Assembly (NCBI RefSeq): GCF_006345805.1
Contig: NC_043005.1
Location: 1,426,001 to 1,490,000 of the forward strand
Origin: Octopus sinensis
Taxonomy: Eukaryota
DNA: 64,000 bases
Direction: 5' to 3'
Shown here piece by piece: positions 12,671-30,260 of this stretch (positions within the stretch are counted from its first letter, which is position 1; each line of letters opens with the position of its first letter). The notes beneath the pieces are model-generated. The model saw nothing but the letters and a program-made list of their open reading frames with translations, made no database searches and was not told the origin of the DNA. The position numbers and the translations under genes are program-made.

Positions 12671-12701
<31 letters not shown>

Positions 12702-12860
12702 ATATATATATAGAGGATATATATATCTATGATATATATATATATATATGATATGATATAAATGATATATATATATATATATATATAATATGATATATAT
12801 ATATATTATATATATATATATAATATGATATATATATATATATATTATCATAATATATAT
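11940..12860. repeat. (TA)n/TGA microsatellite
   Basis: Seen directly. Confidence 0.97.
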
Positions 12861-15800
12861 GCAAACACTCAGTAACAGGCAAAGATCCAGTTCCTGAGAG
12901 ACTTTGTTGCATGCATCAAGCCTTATGCATAGCACTTACAGAAACACACCTGAAACCGGACATAGCAGATGCGGAGTTACACATACCACAGTATGCTGTA
13001 CTACGGACCGACAGGAAAGAAAGGAGTCATGGAGGTGTTGCTATGTACATCCGTGAGGACCTCACACCCAGGTCCTCTTGTCATACTCAAACTCGGTGTG
13101 TGACACACTAATTGTACATATTAGGCAACTTGATGTAGTTGTGTGTGCTACATATCGCCCTCCAGATGCCCCAAGCCATGTGGGCAAGTTTGAAGACTGC
13201 CTTATAAAAATAGAAGAAATTCTAACCACATTAGAAACAACACATAGGTGGCTTCTTATGGGAGACTTCATCTGCCCAATGTCAGATGGCCCGAGGGCCT
13301 TTCTCTCCCAGGAATGACAAGATGTGAACGAGGACAGGCGAGGTCCCTCCTGAACCTCATCAACACCCTGTACATGAGAGCAGGTAATACTCCAACCAAC
13401 CAGGGCAGGTAACACACTGGATCTCTGCTTCACAAATGACATGGATCTCATCCATAATGTGAAAGTGACACCGACACTACTCTCGGATCACACATGATAG
13501 AGCTGACCATGTACGGGCCAAAAAGAGAGCACGGACATGCAGCCTACAAGAAACCCTCAAAATCTTTCCAGCTGAACTACCATAAGGCAAACCTGGAAAC
13601 AAATTGAGAAAGAGATCCTCAACAAAACTGGCCTAAATGTCTCTCCTCGCCAGACATCGAGTGAAACTTCAACAATTCATGTCTGTAATGCAAGCCATAT
13701 GCTACAAATGTGTCCCAGAGAGAAAGGCCACTGTACACAAGAACAAAATCCCCAGAGAGAGGAAAATTTAATGAGACGGCGTACAAAAATTTTCAAATCG
13801 CCTAAACAAACAGATGAAAGCAGTGAAAAGTCCCGCCTAAAAAATAAAACTGTTGGAAATCGAAAAATGTCTGCAACTCTCCCATGAAAAAGAAAGAGCA
13901 GACAAAGAAGCCTGGGCTATAGAAAACATAAAATTAACCCCAGAGCTTTCTACAGGTATGCCAAAGAAACAGCTACAGTGCACTGTAGAATAGGACCACT
14001 CCTCAAAAAGGATGGCCACACTTACAGGAAAAACCAATGAGGGTAAGTGAAATACTGAATGAGCAATTCAAGAGTGTTTTCACTCCACCCTTGGGCATCT
14101 CCAAATCACCAATCCAACTGACTTTTTACCACTGCAGATATAAAATCAGAGGCGGCGACGATAGATTACATCGATATAAAGGAAGACGATGTAACCAAGG
14201 CTATAGATGAAATGAAAAACAGACTCAGCTACTGGCCCCGATGGATTCCCGGCAATCCTCCTAAAAGCATGTAAGAGAGTCCTAGCAAGACCACTGCAGT
14301 TCCTCTTTCAGAGCTTCCTTGCAGCTGGCAAACTTCAGGAAAACTGAAGGAAGGTAAAATATGCCCCATTCATAAAGGAGGTAGCAGAGCGGAAGCCAAG
14401 AAATATAGACCTATCTCTCTGACCTCACACATCAGCAAGGTCATGGAACGAATAGTCAGAAGGAAGCTGATCACCTTCTTGAAGAGAATGACTTGCTGCC
14501 CGGACACCCAAACATGGTTTCCGACCAGGGAGAAGCTGTTTAACTCAGCTCCTACAACACTATGACTGGGTGCTGAAACGGCTGCTCAACCACTCAAATG
14601 TGGAAGTGATATATCTCGACTTTGAAAAGGCCTTGATAAAGTCGATCATGGAATGATATGTCACAAACTGCGTGATCTCAACATAGTTGGAAAACTGGGA
14701 GAATGGCTTCATGACTTTCTGAAGGATAGAAGTCAGGTGGTAGTAGCCAATGGGGCCACTCCATTAACCACACAAATAGTGAGCGGTGTTCCGCAGGGCA
14801 CTGTTATGGGACCACTACTGTTCATAATGGCCCTCTCAGACATGCCCTCAGCCACGCAGAGAGCCACGATCACAAGTTATGCAGATGATACAAAAGTTTC
14901 ACAGGCAATACAGAACCCTGAGGACACTAAACACCTGCAATGTGAGCTGGACGAAATATACAAGTGGGCTGAAAAGAATAGCATGCAGTTCAATGCTGGA
15001 AAGTTCAAGCTTTATACTATCAGCATGCAAAACTGAATGCAATACCCAATGAATACACTGGACCCGGGGATTGCAATCCCAGAGGCACAAATCAGTGTGT
15101 GACCTGGGTATTCACATGAGTGATGATGCGACCTTTCATGTACATGTTGCTAAACTGACACTGAAATGTAGACGGCTGGCTGGATGGATTCTTAGAACCT
15201 TTAGAACAAGAGAACAAGAAACATGATGGTCCTCTGGAAGACACTGTCCTAAGCCACTTTGACTATTGCTCTCAGCTATGGTCACCATCCAGTGTCAGTT
15301 GATCACAGAACTTGAGGCGACCCAACGAAGCTACACAAAGAAGATAGCCTCTATGCCAGAATGTAAGCTACTGGGAAAGACTCAAGAGATTAAAATTATA
15401 TTCCCTGGAGCGTAGGCGGGAAAGATATGCCATAATATACATCTGGAGATCCTGGAGGGAAGTGTCCTGAACTTTGGCATCGAGATTTACGCAAATGCCA
15501 GAACTGGGCGCCACTGCGTGGTGCCTAGGACTCCAAACCTGCCATCAAGATGTAGGACAAGATTCTGTGATAGCCTGGGCTTCCGAGGCCCACAGCTCTT
15601 CAATATCCTCCCGAAGAACCTGAGAGACCTGCATGGGGTGGATACAGATGTCTTTAAAATGAAGCTGGATCTTTCCTGTCAGGGGTCCCAGATGAACCAA
15701 CTTCACGGCAGGAGGGGCAGATGAGGGCAGCTGCATCGAACTCTCTCATGCACCAAATAGCAGTTGCTAGAAAGCCTCCATGAAGAAAAAGTGAACCAAG

Positions 15801-15880
15801 TAGCAACACCAAATGGTGGTGCCCCAGCATGGCCACAGCTCATAAGCTGAAACTAGAATCAATCAATCAATCAATCAATC
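12861..15880 (+). mobile_element. CR1/Jockey-group LINE family A: near-complete frameshifted ORF2 (APE+RT), 3' UTR and (AATC)n tail
   Basis: APE: ALTETHL, HGGVAMYIR, TYRPP, LMGDF. RT: YRPISLTS, SGVPQGTVMGPLLF, SYADDTK. C-terminal YSLERRRERY and GPQLFNILP. Confidence 0.95.
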
Positions 15881-15934
15881 ATATATGATATATTATATTA
15901 TGATATGATAGATATATATATAATATATATATAT

Positions 15935-18205
15935 GATTGATTGATTGATTGATGATTCTAGTTTCAGCTTATGAGCTGTGGCCATGCTGGGGCAACCACC
16001 ATTGGTGTTGCTACTTGGGTCACTTCATTTGGAGGCTTTTCTAGCAACTGCTATTTGGTGCATTGAGAGAGTCATGCAGCTGCCCTCATCGGCCCCTCTG
16101 CCGTTGAATTGGGTTCATTATGGGACACCTGGAGGAAGAGATCCAGCTCATTTTAAAGACATCTATATCCACCCATTGCAGGTCTCTCATATCTTCGGAG
16201 GATATTGAAGAGCTTGGTGCCTCGGAAGCCCAGGCTATCACGAATCTTGTCCTACATCTTGATGGCAGGTTTAGAGTCCTAGGATACACGCAGTGGCGCC
16301 CAGTTCTGGCATTTGCGTAACTATCGATGCCAAAGTTCAGGACACTATATATAGGATCTTCCAGATGTATATTATGGGATATCTTTCCCGCCCTAACGCG
16401 TCCAGGGCAATAATTTTAATCCTGAGAATCTTCCCAGTAGCTTACATTCTGCATAGAGGCTATCTTCTGTGTGTAGCTTCGTTGGTCGCCTCAAGTTCTG
16501 TGATCAACTTGACACTGGATGGTGACCATAGCTGAGAGCAATAGTTCAAGTGGCTTAGGACAAGTGTCTTCCAGAGGACCATCATGAGTTTCTGTTCTCT
16601 GTTCTAAAGGTTCTAAGATCCATCCAGCCAGCCGTCTAAATTTCAGTGTCAGTTTAGCAACAAACATGAAAGGTCGCGTCCATCACTCATGTGAATACCC
16701 AGGTCACGCACTGATTGTGCCTCTGGGATTGCAATCCATCAGGGTCCAGTGTATCATTGGGTATTGCATTCGTTTGCATGCTGATAGTATAAAGCTTGAA
16801 ACTTTCCAGCATTGAACTGATGCTATTCTTTTCAGCCCAATGTATATTTCGTCCAGCTCACATTGCAGGTTGTTAGTGTCCTCAGGGTTCTGTTATTGCC
16901 TGTGAAAACTTTGTAGCATCTGCAAACTTGTGATCGTGGCTCTTCTGCGTGGCTGAGGGCATGGTTTTTTGAGAGGGCCATTATGAAACAGTAGTGGTCC
17001 AGAACAGTGCCTGCGGAACAACGACTCACTAATTTGTGTGTTAATGGAGTTGGCCCAATTGGCACTACCACCTGACTTCGATCCTTCAGAAAGTCAGAAG
17101 CACATTCTCCCAGTTTTCAAACTATGTGAGATCACGCAGTTTGTGACAGCTCTTCCATGATCGAATTTATCAAAGGCCTTTGCAAGTGGAGAATATATCA
17201 CTTCCACATTTGAGTGGTTGAGCAGCCGTTTCAGCACCCAGTCATAGTGTTGTAGGAGCTGAGTTTAAACATCTTCTCCCTGGTGGAAAACATGTTGTGG
17301 GGGGTGTCGGGCAGCAAGTTCATTCTCTTCAAGGAAGGTGATCAGCTTCCTCTGACTAGTCGTTTCCATGACCTTGCTGATCGTGTAGGGTCAGAGAGAT
17401 AGGTCTATAGTTCTTGGCTTCCGCTCGTGCTACCTCCTTTATGAAGGGGGGGCAATATTTTACCTCCTTCAGTTTTCTGGAAAGTTTGCCAGCTGACAGG
17501 AAGCTCTGAAAGAGAACTGCAGTGGTCTTGCTAGGACTCTGTACATGCTTTAGGAGGATTGCCCGGGAATCCATCGGGGCCAGTAGGCTGAGTCTGTTTT
17601 CATTTCATCTATAGCCTTTTGGTTACATCTTCTTCCTTTATATCGATGTAATCTATTGTCGCCGCCTCTGATTTTATATCTGCAGTGTGAAAAAATCAGT
17701 TGGATTGGTGATTTGGAGATGCCCAAGGGGTGGAGTGAAAACCTCTTGAATTGCTCATTCAGTATTCACTTACCTCATTGGTTTTCCTGTAGTGTGCCAT
17801 CCTTTTCGAGGAGTGGCACTATTCTAAAGTTGCACTGTAGCTGTTTCTTTGGCATACTGTAGAAAGCTCTGGGGTTAGGGTTAGATTTTATGTTTTCTAT
17901 AGCCCAGGCTTCTCTACCTGCCCTTTCTTTTCATGGGAGAGTTGCAGACATTTTCGATTTCAACAGTTTTATTTTAGGCGGGATTTCACTGCTTTCAATC
18001 TGTTTGTTTAGGCGATTTTAAATTCGTTACGCCGTCTATTAAAATTTTCTTCTATTGGGGATTTTGTTCTTGTTACAGTGGCCTTTCTCTCTGGGACACA
18101 TTTGTAGCATATGGATTCATTACAGACATGATTGTTGGAAGTTTCACGTCGATCTGTCTGGCGAGGAGAGACATTTAGGCCGGCGAGAGGAGAGACATTT
18201 AGGCC
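15935..18205 (-). mobile_element. Second family-A CR1-like copy, 5'-truncated, tail-to-tail with the first
   Basis: Reverse complement matches 13630-15880 with indels and some substitutions; (GATT)n tail at 15935; 5' end has a duplicated GGCGAGGAGAGACATTTAGGCC. Confidence 0.92.
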
Positions 18206-18439
18206 TATATATAGAGAATATATTATATATGCTATAATATATATGATATATATGTAGGGTCCCGGTTGAGTCGGGTTAACCCAGTAAATAGGGTATCAAT
18301 ACATAGCAGAGTAATTCATTTATTCTATAGAATGAGCTTCTAGAGGCTAGAACTGTTTCATTCAAAATAAATCATCAGGAAGCTAGTAGACAAGAGTTGT
18401 TTGGATCATTTATAGATTTATATATAGAAGGAGCTTCTA

Positions 18440-23029
<4,590 letters not shown>

Positions 23030-23030
<1 letters not shown>

Positions 23031-23715
23031 TAAATTAGAAAGGTTTGGCCAGTATTGGCCCAGGCCATGTCTAACTTAATAGCACCACCTGGTGAAGTCT
23101 TTCAGTTCAGGATTTGGGCACCAAGCCATTCGAGAAGAGAGTTATTGTTGCGGGAGAATATCCGGGTGTGGGTGGTTTGTCCGGTACTGTTTGAAGGAAT
23201 TTGTCCAAAGACTTCTTGAATTTGTGTGGTCAGTTTCTTTTTTGACGTGCCCTGGTGTAATGTTGAAGAGAGCAGGTCAAATTGAGGTGAATAGTTGTGC
23301 CGTATTGTCGTTATGTGATGCGATTAGATTTTGTTGTGGACGGATGGCACGTGGTCAAGCCTTGGATGCATTTGAAGGTGATGCCAACATCATTGGAGAG
23401 TGCTGGTGGAATATTTTCCACATCATACAGATAATGTAGCATTCACGGCGTCGTTGGAGTGAATACAATTTCAGCTTCTCTAGTCTACCCCAGTAGTCAG
23501 GTCTGACATGCCATCTATCTTTTTTGTGATTGACTTTTGGGGAGCTTCAATTCTCATAAATTTTGTTTGTGTAGGGAGACCACAGTGGACAGCAGTATTC
23601 AAGGTGGGGTCGGGCAAAAAGTGGAGAAGAGAAGGATAATAGCGTGGAATCTCTCGACTGGAAGGTTCTGAGAATCCAGGAACACATTCTGCGGGCCATG
23701 TCAACTTTGCTGGCT
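23030..23715 (-). mobile_element. CR1-like family B, 3' fragment
   Basis: ARRMCSWILRTF...RPHLEYCCPLWSP...YWGRLEKLKLYSLQRRRE; 3' UTR matches 2440-2510. Confidence 0.88.
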
Positions 23716-23740
23716 TATATGTGTAGCCCAGCTTATGTGT

Positions 23741-23781
<41 letters not shown>

Positions 23782-23784
23782 ATA

Positions 23785-24123
23785 TATATATACAAAATGA
23801 GAAAATGGAGAAATATACCTAAATCAATCATCAACTACCAGATAATACCGAATCACATACTTTATTAAAACACTACACAATAGCAATGAGATTAAACATT
23901 AAAATAGTACGATAATTACAATCAATATGATGAGATATAATTAAATAAGTATAACAAGATATGAAAACATATATACATTATAACTGACAGCTGTTTCTGC
24001 CATGAAGATAGTTATGTCTCATTTAACCTATTAGCCATATATTGCAGGTATAAATGAGACTTCTCTAGCAGTATATTGGATATATGTTATCCCATGGAGG
24101 GTTGAATTTACAACCCCTATCTC

Positions 24124-24130
<7 letters not shown>
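23785..24130 (-). mobile_element. Probable Penelope-derived terminal-repeat fragment with degenerate hammerhead
   Basis: GAAACAGCTGTCAGTTA on the minus strand (23981-23997) with an eroded upstream core. Confidence 0.4.
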
Positions 24131-24167
<37 letters not shown>

Positions 24168-24539
24168 ATATATATGTATGATATATATATATGTATGATA
24201 TATATATATGTATGATATATATATATATTATATATATGTATATATCTATATATATGTATATATATATATATGTATGATATATATATATATATGTATGATA
24301 TATATATATATATATATAACGGACACTAAACGATGATGATGATGATGATGATGATATATATATATATATAAAATACGAAATGGGACAAGAACGCATAACA
24401 TCCGGACAGCTAGGTGATACAAAAAGGGACAGCAAAACATCCAAATAGACAATACAAAGAAAACAAGGATGTGTATCATTATTTGAATTACATAATAGTG
24501 GCTTTTCTCTAATTTATCTATATGTTATACACACACACA

Positions 24540-24900
24540 TATATATATATGAACGGCAAAATGTCAGTGTGCGTGTCCTTTATACAAATCCACAATTTTT
24601 CAGTTAGAGGGCTTGCACTTTCTATGGTCATTCAAAACCGCCCAAGGGTGGTCGTACACATCTTTACATTTCCCCAGTCACCCCACAAAGCCATTTAAAA
24701 ATCAATAGAAGTGACTTTTTGTGAATTTTCTATCCAAAACCCAATCAAAATGCCCGAAACTTGATACACCAATTGAATGCCAGCTAGCTGTATGTGATTG
24801 GTCGGAGATTTAGACAGTACTCGCGTGTATGTGCACATGCACGCAGCTGTATATGCATGCATTAGCACTGTGACCCGGCGTTGCCGGGTCATAGTGCTAG
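24540..24900 (+). mobile_element. Short non-autonomous Helitron
   Basis: 5' TATATATAT-GAACGGC start; 3' hairpin CACTGTGACCCGGC-GTT-GCCGGGTCATAGTG followed by CTAG and T. Confidence 0.75.
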
Positions 24901-24939
24901 TATTTATATATATATACACACACATATATATACATACAC

Positions 24940-24970
<31 letters not shown>

Positions 24971-25164
24971 CACACACACACATATATACATATACATATA
25001 TATACACATATATATATATATATACATATATATATACACATACATATATATATACACATACATATATATATACACATACATATATATATATATACACATA
25101 CATACATTATATATATATATATTATATATATATATATAATATATATATATATGCATACATATAT

Positions 25165-25550
25165 TGGAAAGATAGTTTCTGACAATGTGCAGAGAACAAC
25201 TTCTGCCACATTCCAGGGAGAAAAACTAGAAATAGTTGATAGCTTCCGTTACCTAGGTGACCAAGTCAGTAGCCGGGGTGGGTGTGCTGAAAGTGTAACT
25301 GCTAGAGTAAGAAATAGCCTGGGCAAAGTTCAGAGAGCTCTTACCCCTGCTGGTGACAAAGGGCCTCATGCTCAGAGTAAAAGGCAGACTGTATGATGCA
25401 TGTGTACGAACAGCCATGCTACATGGTAGTGAAACATGGGCCGTGACTGCTGAGGATATGCGTAAGCTCGCAAGAAATGAAGCCAGTATGCTCCGATGGA
25501 TGTGTAATGTCAGTGTGCACACATGACAGAGTGTAAGTGCCTTGAAAGAA
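25165..25550 (+). mobile_element. RTE (PHD family) internal fragment
   Basis: [16 protein letters not shown]...AMLHGSETWAVTAEDMRKLARNEASMLRWMC; truncated at both ends. Confidence 0.92.
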
Positions 25551-25920
25551 ACGAACCCTGTAATGTGATCCCTAAGTTAAAGACATTAATATTATCAAAA
25601 GTTACAAACTAAAATATTCAAATTGAGTATTATTGAGAACATGATTAATTCATTATGGAGAAGGTAAATAAATGTAAATACGTGTTAGTGTATAAAGTTA
25701 ATAAAAGACTTATGTCGATATTGCTTAGAATAAATTTCAAAAACATGACTTATCTGCCAGCGAATTATTGTAGATTAAACTGAAATAAGTGTACTTATAT
25801 AATAATAATAACATTAGAAAAATACTTTAGGAATGAGAATCCAGATTCGAAATTCCCCTAGGACACCTGATGAAGGTTGGAGAATACATCAGCTGAAACG
25901 TTGTGTTAAGAACAAACAAG
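25551..25920 (+). mobile_element. Probable Penelope-like 3'/terminal-repeat remnant
   Basis: AT-rich degenerate coding-like stretch ending in a hammerhead motif; PLE repeats are known to carry such motifs. Confidence 0.45.
25862..25907 (+). ncRNA. Minimal type I hammerhead ribozyme candidate
   Basis: Stem I GACAC/GTGTT; CTGATGA; extra A; stem II GGTTG/CAGCT; GAAA; palindromic ACGT stem III; GUU cleavage triplet. Confidence 0.6.
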
Positions 25921-26405
25921 GTCATCATCATCATCGTTTAATGTCCGCTTTCCATGCTAGCATGGGTTGGACGATTTTGACTGAGGGCTGGCGAACAGAT
26001 GGCTGCACCAGGCTCCAATCTTGATCTGGTAGAGTTTCTACAGCTGGATGCCCTTCCTAACGCCAACCACTCTGGGAGTGTAGTGGGTGCTTTTACGTGC
26101 CACCGGCACGGGGGCCAGTCAGATGGTACTGGCAATGACCTCTCTCGAATCTTTTTACACATGCCACTGGCACAGGTGCCAGTAAGGCGATGCTGGTAAC
26201 GATCACGCTCAAATGGTGCCCTCTTATGTGTCACTGGCACAGAAGCCAGTTAGCCTCTCTGGCAACGATCACACTCAGATGGTGCTCTTGGCACCCTACT
26301 AGCACGGGCACAAGTGCCAGTAAAGCAACACTGGTAACGATCACACTCAAAGCCGTTTAGCCGCTCTGTCAACGATCACATTCATATGGTGCTCTTTGCA
26401 CCCTG
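25921..26405 (-). mobile_element. RTE 3' UTR fragment with (GAT)n tail and 4-5 diverged ~60-bp units
   Basis: Matches the tail and core at 10111-10300 and 43257-43640. Confidence 0.85.
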
Positions 26406-26519
26406 CTAATCCATCAAATGTAAATAATGTGTAGAATTTTGTTTTTCACATGCATCTACCACATTTAATAGCTTTTCCTACTAGCACTTCCATGCCAATT
26501 TCTTTTCAGAATTACTAAG

Positions 26520-26930
26520 GATGCATGTGCCAGTAATCATCCAGACACCCTGCTTACCCACAACATTTCAATTTACTCTCCTAGACACTGTCTTGCAATC
26601 TGGAACACTTCAAACTTCTTTGGCAAACCTTTCACATTTTGCTTCTCCTCTTGTCTTGTTCCTTAGCTTCTCCTTTCTCTGATATAATTTTCTGCTGTAC
26701 TCATTCTTCCAATGTCTTCAAGCCTGTATCTTCACATTTATGGCACTGCCTACCTCGCTGTTCCGCTATGTTACCCTTTGTCTGGCTGGAACTGTGTGCC
26801 AGACACAGATTTATTAGGTTGGCCCACTAAATTGTCGTGAAAGAATTTCCAGGTTTCCCTTATGCTAGACATCTCAATCTTTTCCTCCTCCTCATCAACT
26901 GCTTCAACTAGTACTTTCCTTCTCTCTCCC
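26520..26930 (-). mobile_element. Old, degraded RTE linker fragment
   Basis: ETWKFFHDNL...EVFQIARQC...VVG aligns by eye with the linker of the 1-2029 ORF. Confidence 0.6.
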
Positions 26931-27960
26931 ACTCTCTAAGTATCTCTCTCTCTCTCTCTTGCTACACACACACACACATATCACATGTTTATCTGTTGGA
27001 GTGATGAGGACTAGCTAGTCATCGTTAGGTGTGACATTAATTAGTTTAAAGTGAAGAAGGTTTGTGCATCCTCAGCCTCATTCTCTTATCTGTGACTATA
27101 CTCAATCCAGTGGCAAGGTCAGGTCAAGATGATGGAAGATGGAGACAGATGTAGTGGATGACTAAGCTGCCTTGCAGTCTCTGTTAGTCAAACACGTATT
27201 TGTAGATCTGGGTAAGAGTTTTTCGAGCAAGACTGGTGGTGGTTCCTACATGCAAAACCATTGTTTCCACTCCAATATCAAAGGGAAAAGCTACCAAGAT
27301 GGGTTTATGAGTGCTGCAGTCAAAATGTAAAGGGACAGAATGATAGCTGAAGACATCTCCTTAAACTCTTTTAACACTGTCCACAACCTATTGATCTGGG
27401 TTGATGGTTGTTCTCAATTCTAAAAGGATGAAAGACAAAGTTGATCTTGGTAGGAGCACCGAAACTCGGAACAAATATTGAAAGACTTTCTCTCCAATAC
27501 TCTGAGGATTTTCCTAATTTGATGTCTTAAACATGTTTAATTAATGAGCATTTAAAGTGACCTGAAGTGATTAGCTAAAAATGTTCTGTGAATAGAGCCA
27601 TTGAGGAAGAGGAGTTACAACATTAGTCAAAAGCAATGAGTTCTGTGAGGAGGCCCAAGTGTGTGGAATGACATTAGCATGGCTGAGCAGATGGGAATCA
27701 TACTAATGGCATCTTCTTCAGGCAAATAAATTTATAAACAACAAGAAATATATGAACATTAGTGAAACGGTTTCACTGGGAACAGAAAATGGTTAATGGA
27801 CTCATTTTCCTGAGATGTTAATCACCAGGGCAGGCAATACTTTAGATAATAGACCAGATATTAGGTGTTTACATTACTGGGATGGGTAGCCATGTTAATT
27901 AGTTGCAGTATAATTAATTGTCCTGGAATGAAGTTTACACCACAATATGTACAACCTATC

Positions 27961-28007
<47 letters not shown>

Positions 28008-28227
28008 GGAAACAGTCTTGCAAAAAAACACACACTGAGCTAATCAGCCATACATATATACACATAAACTCAAACATATACATATACACACACATACAAA
28101 CACACAACACCAGGCACACACATGGAACAGAACCTCAATGTAGAGTTATGTCAGTGAAGTGACTAAACACCACCATGACCACCACTTATGTGTGATGGAA
28201 CTTCTTACTTCACAGAGCTATTCCATC

Positions 28228-28264
<37 letters not shown>

Positions 28265-28869
28265 TGGCAATTGTAGGTCAACGTTGTTGTTTGATCAGAT
28301 CTACAATCAAAGACATTCCAACCTTGACCATCCTACCCTTTTACAAGTTTACCTAGCAGTAGATTATCCAAAATGTCCTTTTCTTTTCTAATAAGTTGGG
28401 TAGGAATTAAGAGAAATTTGGCTGTTATTTCTTGCAGATTGCGTGGTCACAAAGCAGTCTCCCTCGCTGGCTCCTCCTATTGGTTTGACACTGATATAGG
28501 TGGTGTATGGTATGTAACGGAGGTGGGGGTCAGACAGGGTGTAATGAGATTTAAATAACTGATCCCTGAAAAAAACACAAACACAGGTACATTAGAGGAA
28601 AATCCAAACTAATAAGCGCAACATACAAAGTTTTCTGCTGACTCTATTGCAACCACTAATAAGAAGGATCCTTGGTACCCTAGGCCTAAAATTTTGCAGT
28701 GGGGTGGGGAGGAGTCAATTACATTAAATTATTTTATTGGCCTCAAAAAGATGAAAGGCAGTTAACCTTAGAGGAATCTGAATTTAGAATGTAAAGATGG
28801 ACAAAACGCCACAAAATATTTTGTTCAGGATACAATTCTGCCAGCTTGCCACCTTCATAATAATTATGA

Positions 28870-29660
28870 TTATGAAAAGACAGAACAAACTTTAAAAAAT
28901 ATAACCAAACAAACAAACCGGTCTGTGATAGACTAAAGGAAAACTGGAGCAAAAACCACTGCATGGCAAATACCCAATTAGAACCAGGGACCCAGATGCA
29001 GCCCAAACCCTTACCCCTCAGTAGCTGAGATGCTCTGGTCTCAAACCAGAAACTGAGGGGTATATCTCTGCTGCTCAGGATCAGTTCCTTCCAACTAGGA
29101 ATTACCAGAGTAATGTTCTGAGACATGAAAGTAGCCCAACATGTTGCACATGTAGAGAGCATTCAGAGACAATTGACCTCATAATCTCTGAATGCAGCTG
29201 ACCAGTATCAACACAGACATGGTAGGACAGTTCAGTGCATAGTTATTGGTCAACATGCTACTCATACAACCTCCATAACAAAGAGAATTGGTGGGGACAC
29301 AAACCAGCACAAGTTGTGCAGAATGCTGAAGTTATCATCCTTTGGAATTTCCGTGTTCAGATTGTTTGGAGAAACTCAGACAAACGAATCAGGAAATTAT
29401 TGTGAAGAATCATGTTGTAAAGGCTCGTCTTTTGTTTGATGTTGCAGCGCCAATTGACAAAAACACATCTCTGGGAATATTTGAAAAATTGAGCAAAGAT
29501 AAGGACTTAGAGACTGAAATTGGAAGAATGTGGCATCTCAAAGCAACAACATAGTGATTGGAGCCCTTGGAATAATACCAAAAGGAGCAAACAAATATAA
29601 AGACCAAATTGTGAATTGCAAAAGATCATACTTATGGGTACCTCACATAACTGGGAGGAA
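28870..29660 (+). mobile_element. R4/Dong-clade LINE 3' fragment (CCHC knuckle and RLE endonuclease), degraded
   Basis: W.K.PLHGKY, LKPETEGYISAAQDQ, CCTC..HSETIDLIISEC, HKPAQVVQN, FDVAAP, KLSKDKDLETEIGRMW, VIGALG. Confidence 0.88.
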
Positions 29661-29669
29661 TTTCAACCA

Positions 29670-30260
29670 TGTTTCATGGTCTGCTACCACAACACCTCCT
29701 TTATAGGATCCAGTTAGCTCAAGACATCACCAGGAGGAACCACATCTGGTTTCAGCCCCTACTCCTCTACCGTTTTGACGTGGCAGCCCCTCCTCCTTTC
29801 GGAGGTGTCTTCAGCTCTGGTGTTGGGTGTATGTCTTCTTTCTTCTGTTCTTTGGCCTCTTTGATGTAGCGTCAACGAGTGTCAGCGGGCGACAGACTGT
29901 CTTGTCAAATATCCCTTTAACTACTTGCTGCTAGGCTCCAGCAGGCAGTCCCAGCAAGTTGTCACGTGACAGTGACTCAACTTTAACTGACTAGTGAAGG
30001 CGCGTAGTCTTAGCCCACGCATTCTCTAAACGACCGTCACCTGTCAGTCAGTGAAGCTGATTCAGTGTCAGCTTGTCTCACCTAGTGATGTTATTCTCCG
30101 CCGGCATGTTATGCTTTTCAAGCCATTTTTGGTCTTCCTGCTTCAGCCATATATAGAAGCTGGCTTTTACGACCGCCTCCTGTACTCTCCTTATTAGTTT
30201 TCGCAGCTCCGAGCTAGAAAAAGCAAATTCCTTATCCTGTTGGTACAATTTTAGTCATTC
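29670..30260 (-). mobile_element. Possible 3' end of a HERO/NeSL-like RLE LINE
   Basis: ELRKLIRRVQEAVVKASFYIWLKQEDQKW, stop at 30078-30080, then a GC-richer UTR. Assignment rests on my recall of the family's C-terminal motif. Confidence 0.45.

Noticed and set aside
18345-18386. Third hammerhead (minus strand CTGATGA-12 nt-GAAAC)
   Set aside because: The core motifs are present, but stems I-III cannot be paired convincingly.
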